DNA of 64,000 nucleotides from Escherichia phage A7_1. The translations under genes were made by a program, and so were the position numbers. The notes beneath the pieces were generated by a model. It saw only the letters and a program-made list of their open reading frames with translations. It ran no database searches and had not been told where the DNA came from. The number at the start of each line of letters is the position of its first letter. The stretch's first letter is position 1. Of this stretch, positions 45,808 to 55,072 are shown in pieces. The stretch lies in sequence record OP795442; one strand, given 5' to 3'.

Positions 45808-46317
45808 TTAAGGGTGAATCCAGTAAAAAGGTTTTGTTAAACCAAGCTTACCTTTCGGGTCCCAAATGAAGTAGGCATACGCCGCACCATCTGTTTTCCC
45901 ATCCTCAGTAAAAGAGGGTCGCTTGGATAGAGTAACCAAATGATCAACAGGATATTCCTTCCAGAACTCCACACGTTTGGTACTCTCAAGGAAACCTAAA
46001 CGAAGCAGCATTATCACCACATCAGCATCCTTGTGAGCCTTCTCTACAAACTCTTGAGCTAAATTATAAGGTGGGTTAGTTAACACACAATCTACCTTAT
46101 TGTATTTAGTTGCAAGATAATCAACACCTTCTTGAATCTCTCCCCAAGCTGAACCAATTGGCATTTCATTATAAAAACGTCCAGAGGCTCTGCAAGGTTC
46201 CAGATAAGTCCAATCCTGACGGATTGGAACTAAATTCAAGAAAGCATCTACTGCCCATTTCGGAGTTTCATAGCGATCATTTTCACGGCGTTCTGCTTTA
46301 GGTTTCAATGCTGCCAC
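45808..46317 (-). CDS. DNA N6-adenine methyltransferase (small orphan MTase)
   Basis: RYETPKWAVDAF, motif I-like EPCRASGRF, motif IV DCVLTNPPY. Confidence 0.7.
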   Translation of the reverse strand: MAALKPKAERRENDRYETPKWAVDAFLNLVPIRQDWTYLEPCRASGRFYNEMPIGSAWGEIQEGVDYLATKYNKVDCVLTNPPYNLAQEFVEKAHKDADVVIMLLRLGFLESTKRVEFWKEYPVDHLVTLSKRPSFTEDGKTDGAAYAYFIWDPKGKLGLTKPFYWIHP

Positions 46318-46319
46318 TC

Positions 46320-47165
46320 TTATTTGCCCCCTTCTTTTGCCGCAGTGATGATCTGCTCAATCAATTCATCACGATAATAAACATACTGTTCAACACCGAA
46401 ACATTCTGCAATCTCGTCTAACTCTTCGAGGTTGTATTCGTCAAAGTCTCGCGGGTTAAGAGTGAAGATGTTGAATTTTTTGGCGTAGCCTTCGTCAAGG
46501 ACGATTTCAAATTCTCCTTCTCCGATTTCCTTCTCATCATCAACATTACTCGATTCGATTGGCTCTTCAACCTTAATCCCCCCTGTATTTTGTTGATCGG
46601 CTTCCATTTGCTTTTTAATTGCTTCATCTTCAGCGGTCAGACGGGCTTGCATCTGAGAGGAAGTAAAGTAAATTTCGCCAGCACGATCAAACAGTTCAAC
46701 GAGTTCATCTTCTGTCATAACACCCTTGTACAGATCGTAGTATTTCTCTTTGAACAGGTCTTTGTAGAAATCGCTACGTTTAAATACCAGTGCCGAGTCA
46801 CCGCCCATACTCATCTGAACGTTGTGGAACATATAATGAGAACCTGGACGACAAATTCGAACATGACCGGATAAGAAGATCATTGTTGCAGCACTTGCCA
46901 CTTCACCAATACCGTGTGTTACAACAGTCGCCTTTGTTTCAGAGATCGCTGTCATGTACATATCGGCGATATCACAATAACCACCACAAGAAGTAATGTA
47001 TAGATTTACAATATCACCTTCGGGCGCTGAACGAATCAGGTCAACAGCCTCGATATGTGCTTCAGGTGAATTGTGCAGGTCCGTAACATAAATACGCCAA
47101 TCGTTAGAAGTTACTGGAGACACCCAAATGTTTTTTGCCGGACCATTCATTACGATTTCTTCCAT
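46320..47165 (-). CDS. ClpP-like serine protease (S14) with acidic C-terminal extension
   Basis: ITSCGGYCD..VTHGIGEVASAATMIFLSG..GSHYMFH resembles ClpP catalytic core. Confidence 0.55.
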   Translation of the reverse strand: MEEIVMNGPAKNIWVSPVTSNDWRIYVTDLHNSPEAHIEAVDLIRSAPEGDIVNLYITSCGGYCDIADMYMTAISETKATVVTHGIGEVASAATMIFLSGHVRICRPGSHYMFHNVQMSMGGDSALVFKRSDFYKDLFKEKYYDLYKGVMTEDELVELFDRAGEIYFTSSQMQARLTAEDEAIKKQMEADQQNTGGIKVEEPIESSNVDDEKEIGEGEFEIVLDEGYAKKFNIFTLNPRDFDEYNLEELDEIAECFGVEQYVYYRDELIEQIITAAKEGGK

Positions 47166-47176
47166 ATTAATTCCCC

Positions 47177-47647
47177 TTAGCTAATTAAAGTACGGATGCG
47201 GGTAGCGTTTTGCAGAACCCAGTCTACTACGACAGAATGATCAGAGTCAACAATTACTTCATGATGACGTTTGAACATATCAAGAATCTTTGCTGCTTCG
47301 GCAGTGTAAAGTGCCGCACGATCTAAAAAGATAATCTGCTCTTTAAGTTCTTCCGTGATTGGACATAACTTACTTGGGACCTCAATGGCTGATAAATGCT
47401 CTATCAACTCCGCTCTGGTAGAGAACATAATATCAACTTCCTGATCGATACTAAGAGAGCCTAAGAATAAGCGAGAAAACCATCCACGATACTCATCGTT
47501 GTTTTTACGCAAAGTCTTAATTCCAAATCTTAACTCTTCGAACAGGGCTGTTGCAATTTCTTCAATACGATCAGGAACAATAGCCCCACAATTTTTCAAT
47601 TCCATCAGTTTACGATGATCAACTGTTGCGTACATACCCTTATCCAT
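47177..47647 (-). CDS. hypothetical protein
   Basis: 156 aa ORF. Confidence 0.55.
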   Translation of the reverse strand: MDKGMYATVDHRKLMELKNCGAIVPDRIEEIATALFEELRFGIKTLRKNNDEYRGWFSRLFLGSLSIDQEVDIMFSTRAELIEHLSAIEVPSKLCPITEELKEQIIFLDRAALYTAEAAKILDMFKRHHEVIVDSDHSVVVDWVLQNATRIRTLIS

Positions 47648-47655
47648 ATCACCCC

Positions 47656-47973
47656 TTAAATTCCGATTAAATATTTAAACTTCCCGTCGTTCTCTGCGAT
47701 CTTGTGGATTACATAGAACCAATTTTCAATTCCGTCTTCATCTTCCTCTTTCACACGATCACCAGTTTTCAACTCAACCTCGGAAACGTACTCCTTACTT
47801 TCAAGGAAATACTTCCACTGAACCATGTCTTTAAAATTACAGATTAGTTTATTTTTGCCATCAGTCGTCCAAAGGTCCTGATTGACCCACATACCAACAA
47901 CGAAATTCTTTTCTTTCTTAGGACGACCAAGTGCATAAGTGTTGTTTAACATCTTTGCTTTATCTAAGACCAC
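47656..47973 (-). CDS. hypothetical protein
   Basis: 105 aa ORF. Confidence 0.5.
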   Translation of the reverse strand: MVLDKAKMLNNTYALGRPKKEKNFVVGMWVNQDLWTTDGKNKLICNFKDMVQWKYFLESKEYVSEVELKTGDRVKEEDEDGIENWFYVIHKIAENDGKFKYLIGI

Positions 47974-48616
47974 GTTTTGACTCCAAGTTAACTAAGAAAC
48001 TCTCAAGCACTGCGATGTTGTCTTCTTTCCAAAGATTAAGTGTTCTTACACCATTCTTCTTTGCCAGATTGACTGCTGTTGCAGTGCCGCCTTTAGGATT
48101 ACCCGTCTTTGTTTCCTTTGCGTAGTATATCACAAATTTACTTTGCATCAAGTAGGCATTTGAAAGATTTTTACCAAAAATTTGGTGTACGTTTCTTTCG
48201 TGTAATTTCCTTGCCCCTTGACTCAACTTGTCCCATCCACCATGAACTTCCTTTATCCATTCCCATCGCATTTCTGTATGTTCTGGAAATTCTTTATCAA
48301 TCGTGTTCAGGGAGATATTATACAGATCTTTAAGTCCTTGTCCACCTTTAAAGTTGTCCCAAGGAACATATATCTCTGCAAGTTTGCTCGGTGATTGAGT
48401 CATATTGCAATCTTCATGAAACTTCTGCATACCTCTTTGGAAAGCTGCATCTGCACCATCTGCACCGCCAGATCGTAATGTATATCCGACCCTTGCTAAT
48501 CTCCAACCCGCATCTTCCATAATTTTTAATACTTCTTCAGGGGCCTCCCTTGAACCTATTCCTGTATAAGCTGGCACTTTAACCTCCTTCATCTTCAGTT
48601 GACCAGTACCCATTAA
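47960..48616 (-). CDS. DprA/Smf-like (SLOG superfamily) Rossmann-fold protein
   Basis: YTGIGSRE..GYTLRSGGADGADAAFQRG resembles DprA GxAxGxD core; start uncertain (track start overlaps nrdG by 113 nt). Confidence 0.45.
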   Translation of the reverse strand, partial: LMGTGQLKMKEVKVPAYTGIGSREAPEEVLKIMEDAGWRLARVGYTLRSGGADGADAAFQRGMQKFHEDCNMTQSPSKLAEIYVPWDNFKGGQGLKDLYNISLNTIDKEFPEHTEMRWEWIKEVHGGWDKLSQGARKLHERNVHQIFGKNLSNAYLMQSKFVIYYAKETKTGNPKGGTATAVNLAKKNGVRTLNLWKEDNIAVLESFLVNLESKRGLR

Positions 48617-49061
48617 CTTTTTTCCAAAGTCTTTGGTTATCTGATCCCCTGAATCTTTTAGTTGTAGGTTTGTTTTCATCATACTTGCCATCCATGATTA
48701 AGTCAACGTATTTCTTTATTTCCTCATCTAAGTCTTGAAAAAGATACCCTGTCCACACCATGATATCTTTACTCTCACCAAAGCACGACTTTACTTCCTT
48801 GATAATTCTTTTTACAACATCAATATTCTCATGGTCAAGAGGTTCTCCACCCATAATTGACAATCCACTGATAAAATTTCGAGAAAGATCTTTTTTCAAA
48901 CTCTCCATATCTTCATCTGTGAATTCTTTCCCATACCTATATGACCAAGCCTTTTGGTTAAAACAACCCTTACACTTATGACTGCATCCACTAACCCAGA
49001 GAGAGGTTCTTACCCCCTCTCCATTGATGAAGTCTGTGCTTTCATATCCGCAAATGTTCAA
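48579..49061 (-). CDS. nrdG: anaerobic ribonucleotide reductase activating protein (radical SAM)
   Basis: C-x3-C-x2-C (GCSHKCKGC); adjacent to nrdD. Confidence 0.8.
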   Translation of the reverse strand: MNICGYESTDFINGEGVRTSLWVSGCSHKCKGCFNQKAWSYRYGKEFTDEDMESLKKDLSRNFISGLSIMGGEPLDHENIDVVKRIIKEVKSCFGESKDIMVWTGYLFQDLDEEIKKYVDLIMDGKYDENKPTTKRFRGSDNQRLWKKVNGYWSTEDEGG

Positions 49062-51136
49062 ACGTGTTTTTCCCTTTGTAAGACCTCCTGCATCTTACCT
49101 TTGTTATAAGGTCTTGCATTTGGTGCAGATAAATAACCAGAAACCCTTCGGATTACTGAAATTGTTCCCTCTTCTTTGTTCCCGCAACAAGGGCATTCAA
49201 AACCTTTTGCTGTTGCATGAAACTCACCACTAAAGTTACACTTAAAGCACTGGTCCACAGGTTGATTGACACCAAAGTAAGGTATCGTATCATAACCATA
49301 GTCGATCAATGTTTCAAGCGCCTTAATGTTATTTTTCAAGTTTGGCGTTTCAACGTACCCGATATTACCACCAGAACTTATTGTTGCAAAACCTGACTCG
49401 TACTTCCATTTGCTGAAAGGATCTGAATGTTCCCAAACAGGTGCATGAAAGGAGTTTGTAAGGTAATCCCGATCAAGCACCTCTGGATATTTTTCCTTAA
49501 GCTTAGTAGCGAAACGATAACATAAACTCTCAGCAGGTGTTCCGTAGAGGCTAAAGGAAATACGTGAGCGCTCTTTAAATTCATCACATTTTATTTTCAT
49601 GTGATTGAGGATCATTACCGCCAAACCCTTATCCTTTTTCCCAACAATAATCTCAACAGTTTCAGATAATCCCACATACCCGACACTGATTGAGGCATAC
49701 CCATCATAGAATAACTTACCTATCTTTTCGTTAGCTCCCAGTCTTGCCAAAGCTCCTTCCATAAAAAGCGTGGGGTTTTGAGAAGCTTTTACATTTTTAA
49801 GTCGGTTGACACGAACCATATGCGATTCATATGCGTTTTCCATGTGCTGGTCAAGAAGTGCATAAAAATCACCACCTTTTGCTTTGTACTCTGCTGCAAT
49901 CAGCGGTAAATTTATAGAGACAACACCTAAATTGAATCGACCATCATACTTCTCTCCATGTTCTGTCGTAAATTTGGAAAGGAAGCTCCTACAACCCATA
50001 CTTGTAACTTTCCCATCTGAAGATCCAGTAACCTCTTTATTTAATGGCACAGAGATGAAGTCAGGATAGATCCTTTCAACACAGCACTGCATTGCCATTT
50101 GTTTAAGGTTATAATTAACATCACCAGGTTTCAGGTTTACACCATCTTGCAAAAAGAAGACAACCTTCGGAAAAACTGGAGTTACCTTATCCTTGCCAAG
50201 CCCCTCAGTATGGACCTTTAGATAGTTTTTGGTAATCATTCTACCAAACTCTGAAGTTTCAAGACCCATACTGATCGTAATGAAAGGCGATTGACCGTTA
50301 ACACTCATTAAAGTATTAACCTGATAAACCAGTGTCTGCATTGCATCATATACATCACGATCTGTCATTTCCATTGCTAAAGATTCATTAGGTTTTCCGA
50401 TCTTTTCTAAAAACTCAATATTCTTTTTGTGGCTCATCTCAACATATGTTTTCAAACCCTCATCGATATGAGCACATGTTTGTCCTCCGTATTGACTGGA
50501 TGCCACAGCCTGAATGATTTGAGTCAGAACTGTTGTTGCAACACCAATCGACTTAGGTTTTTCGATCTTCGCATTTCCAATCTTAAAACCATTTTCAAGC
50601 ATGTCCCGATAGTTAACAAGACAACAGTTAGTTAATGGACTAACCAAATAATCCAAGTCGTGAATGTGACCATAACCTTCATTGTGCCAAGCAGCGAGGT
50701 CTTTTGGCAAGATCTGGTTAATACTGACATGCTTGCTTAAAATACCTGCCAGCAAGTCCCGATGAGTATTTACCAAATTGCTAGGTTTGTTTGCATTCTC
50801 ACGAGTAAATTCTTCAGCCGTCTGATCCAAAAATCCGCTAATATCTGAATAAAGTTTACCTTTGCCTTCACGAACTGAATCCCGATCATGACGGTATTCA
50901 ATATAGCATCTGGCAGCATCTTGAAGATTTTTCTGACTCATTAAGGTATTCTCAACAACCTTATGAATCTCTTCTACAGATATACGATCTTTATCTTCAA
51001 TCTGACTAACGACTTCAGTAATGAGTTTATCAACATCGGCTTTAGTGCCTGCGGATAAAAGAGCGCCCCGAAGGGCTGCTCCGATCTTATCCGTGCACAA
51101 GGTTTCTTCACGCCCGTCACGTTTTGCAATAATCAA
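49058..51136 (-). CDS. nrdD: anaerobic ribonucleoside-triphosphate reductase
   Basis: 692 aa; C-terminal glycyl-radical motif RVSGYL and CPCCG zinc ribbon. Confidence 0.9.
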   Translation of the reverse strand: MIIAKRDGREETLCTDKIGAALRGALLSAGTKADVDKLITEVVSQIEDKDRISVEEIHKVVENTLMSQKNLQDAARCYIEYRHDRDSVREGKGKLYSDISGFLDQTAEEFTRENANKPSNLVNTHRDLLAGILSKHVSINQILPKDLAAWHNEGYGHIHDLDYLVSPLTNCCLVNYRDMLENGFKIGNAKIEKPKSIGVATTVLTQIIQAVASSQYGGQTCAHIDEGLKTYVEMSHKKNIEFLEKIGKPNESLAMEMTDRDVYDAMQTLVYQVNTLMSVNGQSPFITISMGLETSEFGRMITKNYLKVHTEGLGKDKVTPVFPKVVFFLQDGVNLKPGDVNYNLKQMAMQCCVERIYPDFISVPLNKEVTGSSDGKVTSMGCRSFLSKFTTEHGEKYDGRFNLGVVSINLPLIAAEYKAKGGDFYALLDQHMENAYESHMVRVNRLKNVKASQNPTLFMEGALARLGANEKIGKLFYDGYASISVGYVGLSETVEIIVGKKDKGLAVMILNHMKIKCDEFKERSRISFSLYGTPAESLCYRFATKLKEKYPEVLDRDYLTNSFHAPVWEHSDPFSKWKYESGFATISSGGNIGYVETPNLKNNIKALETLIDYGYDTIPYFGVNQPVDQCFKCNFSGEFHATAKGFECPCCGNKEEGTISVIRRVSGYLSAPNARPYNKGKMQEVLQREKHV

Positions 51137-51138
51137 CC

Positions 51139-51885
51139 TTAATTACCCCCTTTAAGATCCTTTTCACGAGCCTTGACAACTGCCTTACAGAATGGACTAC
51201 GAACGATTTCTTCACTAGTCGCTTCAACATAATCGGCAAAGTCGTAAAGTTCATGACGATCAATGAATTCGATTGCCCATTCTAATCCAGTTTCACGATT
51301 ACGCATATCGTTCTGTGTGATATCGCCTAAGCAGAACAGCTTAGAACTTTCACCTTTACGAGTCATGATCGTGTAAGCCGTATCTTCATCTGTGTTCTGA
51401 AACTCATCGACAATAACAACCGCATTATCGAAAGAACGTCCACGGATATATTCCAGAGGAACAAATTCAATGTTACCACAACCCAACTGAGTTTCAAAGA
51501 AACCGTGACCGTAGCGTTGCTGAATAACCTGAATAAGTGCCTGAAGGAAAGGCTCGAATTTCTCACGGATAGTCCCAGGTAGTAACCCGAGGCTGTTCCC
51601 CATTCCCAATGTTGGTCGAGTAAGGACGATCTTTTCAATCTTACCTTGCTTCAGCCAATCAATAACGGTACTCATAATGACAAATGTCTTACCTGTACCC
51701 GCCGGAGCGTTAACGAAAACAACTTCCTTCTCGTTAACCAGAGATAACAATTCCTTTTGGAATCGGTTCTTTGGAGTAATAGGTTTTTTCAACTCTTCAT
51801 AGGCTTTAGGTGTTACCTGACGGCCTTTTGAACGCTTCTCTTCACGACGATCCTGACGAGATTTACGATTAGTATGACGTTGCAT
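51139..51885 (-). CDS. phoH: PhoH-like ATPase
   Basis: Walker A NAPAGTGKT, Walker B VVIVDEFQN. Confidence 0.85.
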   Translation of the reverse strand: MQRHTNRKSRQDRREEKRSKGRQVTPKAYEELKKPITPKNRFQKELLSLVNEKEVVFVNAPAGTGKTFVIMSTVIDWLKQGKIEKIVLTRPTLGMGNSLGLLPGTIREKFEPFLQALIQVIQQRYGHGFFETQLGCGNIEFVPLEYIRGRSFDNAVVIVDEFQNTDEDTAYTIMTRKGESSKLFCLGDITQNDMRNRETGLEWAIEFIDRHELYDFADYVEATSEEIVRSPFCKAVVKAREKDLKGGN

Positions 51886-51900
51886 AGAGTACCTCGCTTC

Positions 51901-52284
51901 TTAAGGGTAGAGTTTATGAGGGAGTTGGAAATGAGGACCATCTTTAAATGAAGTCCAATCACCGCCCCACTCAATCGGGATGTTTAATTCTTTTGCTGCA
52001 TCCTTAACAGCTTCTGCCATCGGGTAATAATATTTCCAGTCCCAAGTAACCGATCCGTTAACCAAAGGCCACAAATCTACAGCATGTCCGGTCAGATGAC
52101 GACTATTCATCGTTTTACTCTTACCTTCTGCAACATACTTACGTTGGGTTTCTATTGTACGTAGACCTTCACCAACAGTAAAGTCAATCGCACTCTTTTT
52201 GATTGCCAGTTTCACAACTTCAACCAAGTCGGGATGAACGCCCTTAAGACGTTCAATACTCCGTTTACCTAATACAAATCCCAT
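51901..52284 (-). CDS. L-alanyl-D-glutamate peptidase (M15 family), endolysin-like
   Basis: 127 aa; H..D zinc ligands in SRHLTGHAVDL; size and motifs like T5-type endolysin. Confidence 0.6.
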   Translation of the reverse strand: MGFVLGKRSIERLKGVHPDLVEVVKLAIKKSAIDFTVGEGLRTIETQRKYVAEGKSKTMNSRHLTGHAVDLWPLVNGSVTWDWKYYYPMAEAVKDAAKELNIPIEWGGDWTSFKDGPHFQLPHKLYP

Positions 52285-52292
52285 TAAGTCTC

Positions 52293-52703
52293 CTAGTGAG
52301 TAACTTCAGTTTTTACATACCCCAAGATCAAATCATCTTGGATCTCTTTCATCGCCACAGACATTTTCAACTGAACTTCAGCGATAGCTTCTGAATATTC
52401 AATTTCGTCTAGAAAGCGTTGAAGATGTTCAGTGGATAACGAATCCATATTTTCCACGATCGCATTCTGCATTACCTTTTCGTAATTTTCAGAAGTCATC
52501 GCTTCAACGATCTTCTGTTGATTTCGGACCTTAATGATATCTTCTTCTGTCTTATCTTCAATACCTTTCAGGAAGTCCAGCGTCATCACTGCCACTTCAA
52601 GATTTGCGTCAATCGCCTTGCCAACAACGTACTTTGCAATTTTATGAAGCAGACGCTCACGATCAGTCAGTTCTTTTTCAATTTTATCAACGGTATTAGT
52701 CAT
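52293..52703 (-). CDS. hypothetical protein
   Basis: 136 aa ORF. Confidence 0.55.
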   Translation of the reverse strand: MTNTVDKIEKELTDRERLLHKIAKYVVGKAIDANLEVAVMTLDFLKGIEDKTEEDIIKVRNQQKIVEAMTSENYEKVMQNAIVENMDSLSTEHLQRFLDEIEYSEAIAEVQLKMSVAMKEIQDDLILGYVKTEVTH

Positions 52704-52996
52704 TACAGATCTCCCAGGTCATCGTTATTGAAGTCAAGTTCTACTTTGCTCGGCAAATTCTTTGCTACCAGTTCAGTGTAGCCTCCAACGTACTCGCTGT
52801 CAATAAAAATCTGAGGAACTGTACGTGGAACATAACCAACAGCATCGCTTACCTTTTTAACCATCTCTTGCAGATTGCCAGAGTTTGCACCCACGTCAAT
52901 ATACTCATACTCATAACCTTTCTGATCAAGGAGGGTTTTTGCATTGTCACAGAACGGGCAGTTTACTTTACCAAAAATCACATTACTCATTATCAA
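52703..52996 (-). CDS. nrdC: glutaredoxin (T4 NrdC-like)
   Basis: CPFCDNAK active site; TVPQIF..GG fold motif. Confidence 0.75.
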   Translation of the reverse strand: MIMSNVIFGKVNCPFCDNAKTLLDQKGYEYEYIDVGANSGNLQEMVKKVSDAVGYVPRTVPQIFIDSEYVGGYTELVAKNLPSKVELDFNNDDLGDL

Positions 52997-53027
52997 TCTC
53001 CCTTATACAGAAAACAAAACTATTTAA

Positions 53028-53258
53028 TCATGCTTCTTTGAACGTTGCAAGCACTGTTGATTCAATTTCGTAATAATTTTCACGAACTTTAATATCTTCA
53101 TTCAATGCCCAAGGTACACCAAGATCAGTGCTCACATATTGGAGATCATCTGATCCCTCATAAACAGAATTCTGTTCAAACACAAAACCTTCCACTGCAA
53201 AAGTACAAATCAGCTTTTTCACTTTTATAATCTCCAGGTTAAGGGCCTTTCGGCCCAT
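53028..53258 (-). CDS. hypothetical protein
   Basis: ATG 53258 four nt after nrdB stop. Confidence 0.4.
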   Translation of the reverse strand: MGRKALNLEIIKVKKLICTFAVEGFVFEQNSVYEGSDDLQYVSTDLGVPWALNEDIKVRENYYEIESTVLATFKEA

Positions 53259-53262
53259 TTTA

Positions 53263-54360
53263 TTAAAGTTCGAAATCGAAGTCAGATGCACTCACTGAAG
53301 AGTCAACCTGACCCGACAGATATTGACCATTTTCTAGTTCCTGTGGGGTTACCTGAACGTTTTTGGTATTCAGGTGGCTATTGATCCAAGGAATAGGGTT
53401 CTTCAGCGGTTTATCAATGAAACTATCTAAACCAACTGCTCGCATACGTTGATCAGCCATATAATCTACGTATTGCCACAGAATCTCTTTATTCAGTCCA
53501 ACCATCGAACCATCTTTGAACAGGTATTCTGCCCAATCACGTTCTTGCTGTCGTGCCTGCAAGAACAATTCACGAGCCTCATCTTTGCAATCTTCTGCAA
53601 CTCGTGCAATAAGGTCACCTTCACGACCACTTTGCATTTCATTAAGAATATACTGAGTACCAGACAAATGCAAGGCTTCATCACGGGCGATCAGTTCAAT
53701 AATGTTGGTGTTACCAGTCATGATACTACGCTCACCAAATGCAAACGAACATGCAAAGCTCACATAGAAACGAATTGCTTCCAGAGCATTAATACTGTGC
53801 ATACACAGGTACAGTGCTCGTGCATGTGCATAACGATCAACTGGCAGGTTCAAAGCGTAACGACTATTCAACTGGAATAAATCGTCATACAACTTCGTAA
53901 CCGCATCAGCACGTTCCAGAATTTCTGGAGTTTTCATGATCTCATCAAGAATTGCAGAAGGATCACTAAATACATTTCGAATAATGTGTGTATATGAACG
54001 ACTGTGGATTGTTTCACTGAAACCCCAAGTCTCAATCCAAGTTTCCAAAGCTGGATCGGAAACGATTGGAAGTAATACTGCATTCGGACCACGCCCTTGA
54101 ACGGAATCAAGCAACGTTTGATACTTAAGATTACTAATGAAAATATGTTTTTCATGGTCAGGCAATCCCATAAAGTCAATTCGATCACGGGTTACATCGA
54201 TCTCTTCCGGTCGCCAGAAGAATGCCAACTGCTTTTCTGTCAGCTTTTCAAATTTGTTATGTTTTTGCTTGTCGTAACGAGAAACGTTAACAGACTCACC
54301 AAAGAACATCGGTTGTTCCATGAAATCAAACTGGTTTTTATTAAAAGTCGTGTAGCTCAC
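53263..54360 (-). CDS. nrdB: ribonucleotide reductase class Ia beta subunit
   Basis: 365 aa; ferritin-like di-iron core; adjacent to nrdA. Confidence 0.85.
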   Translation of the reverse strand: MSYTTFNKNQFDFMEQPMFFGESVNVSRYDKQKHNKFEKLTEKQLAFFWRPEEIDVTRDRIDFMGLPDHEKHIFISNLKYQTLLDSVQGRGPNAVLLPIVSDPALETWIETWGFSETIHSRSYTHIIRNVFSDPSAILDEIMKTPEILERADAVTKLYDDLFQLNSRYALNLPVDRYAHARALYLCMHSINALEAIRFYVSFACSFAFGERSIMTGNTNIIELIARDEALHLSGTQYILNEMQSGREGDLIARVAEDCKDEARELFLQARQQERDWAEYLFKDGSMVGLNKEILWQYVDYMADQRMRAVGLDSFIDKPLKNPIPWINSHLNTKNVQVTPQELENGQYLSGQVDSSVSASDFDFEL

Positions 54361-54415
54361 TTATTATCTCCTCTTCGTTAATCTGAAAACCATTATACCT
54401 GAACTTACCAAGAAA

Positions 54416-54757
54416 TCAATAGTTATTTCTTAAAATTTCAATCCCATACCGCTTAAAGACTTCCTTTGCTGCCATAAACTTTTGTGCTGCACTTGGATTT
54501 GAAGTGTGAACAAACAGAACAGCAGGATACAGGATCGGTTTGCCAAACACAAGTTTTTCTTCTAACATTTCTAAGCAGCGGTAACCTTCTTTTGAATCTT
54601 CACCAAGGTCATTGTCGAAGTGCCATTCTGTTACCCGACGATACATTTTATTGGGGTCATCAAGGAACTCGATAAACTGGTCAGAATTTTTAAACCAGAT
54701 GGCATCATCATGCCCGTAATCTTTTGGATCTCTCAAATCATCAAGCCAAATCTTCAT
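54416..54757 (-). CDS. hypothetical protein
   Basis: 113 aa ORF. Confidence 0.55.
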   Translation of the reverse strand: MKIWLDDLRDPKDYGHDDAIWFKNSDQFIEFLDDPNKMYRRVTEWHFDNDLGEDSKEGYRCLEMLEEKLVFGKPILYPAVLFVHTSNPSAAQKFMAAKEVFKRYGIEILRNNY

Positions 54758-54813
54758 CTTTTCCTCCTGTCTCGTTTATGTGGTTTATTATACGGATTAC
54801 CTTACCAAAGTCA

Positions 54814-54840
54814 ATAAAAAACCGCCCCGAAGGGCGGTTA
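54814..54840 (-). terminator. terminator hairpin AACCGCCCCGAAGGGCGGTT (family copy)
   Basis: on minus strand followed by TTTTTT. Confidence 0.6.
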
Positions 54841-54843
54841 ATT

Positions 54844-55032
54844 TTAATTGTACTTGTTGAGAATGTTAAACATATCTTTTGCAATATATTTATTGTCTCG
54901 ACAACCAGCAAGGTTGTTACGAAGTGCAGCCACATAGATCTCTGTGCCGCAACCTGGGTAGGATGTGCCGAATCTTTTTGCCTGTCTTTTAAATGTCCAA
55001 CGATCAATAAAGAACCAAGAGATAAATTTCAT
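54844..55032 (-). CDS. hypothetical small protein flanked by two identical hairpins
   Basis: 62 aa; SD GAGGAGGAA. Confidence 0.45.
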   Translation of the reverse strand: MKFISWFFIDRWTFKRQAKRFGTSYPGCGTEIYVAALRNNLAGCRDNKYIAKDMFNILNKYN

Positions 55033-55043
55033 ATTCCTCCTCA

Positions 55044-55063
55044 GAACCGCCCCGAAGGGCGGT
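55044..55063 (-). terminator. hairpin AACCGCCCCGAAGGGCGGTT between nrdA and small gene
   Basis: identical stem-loop; no clear T-run on minus strand, so attenuator or stability element is equally possible. Confidence 0.4.
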
Positions 55064-55072
55064 TATTTATTG

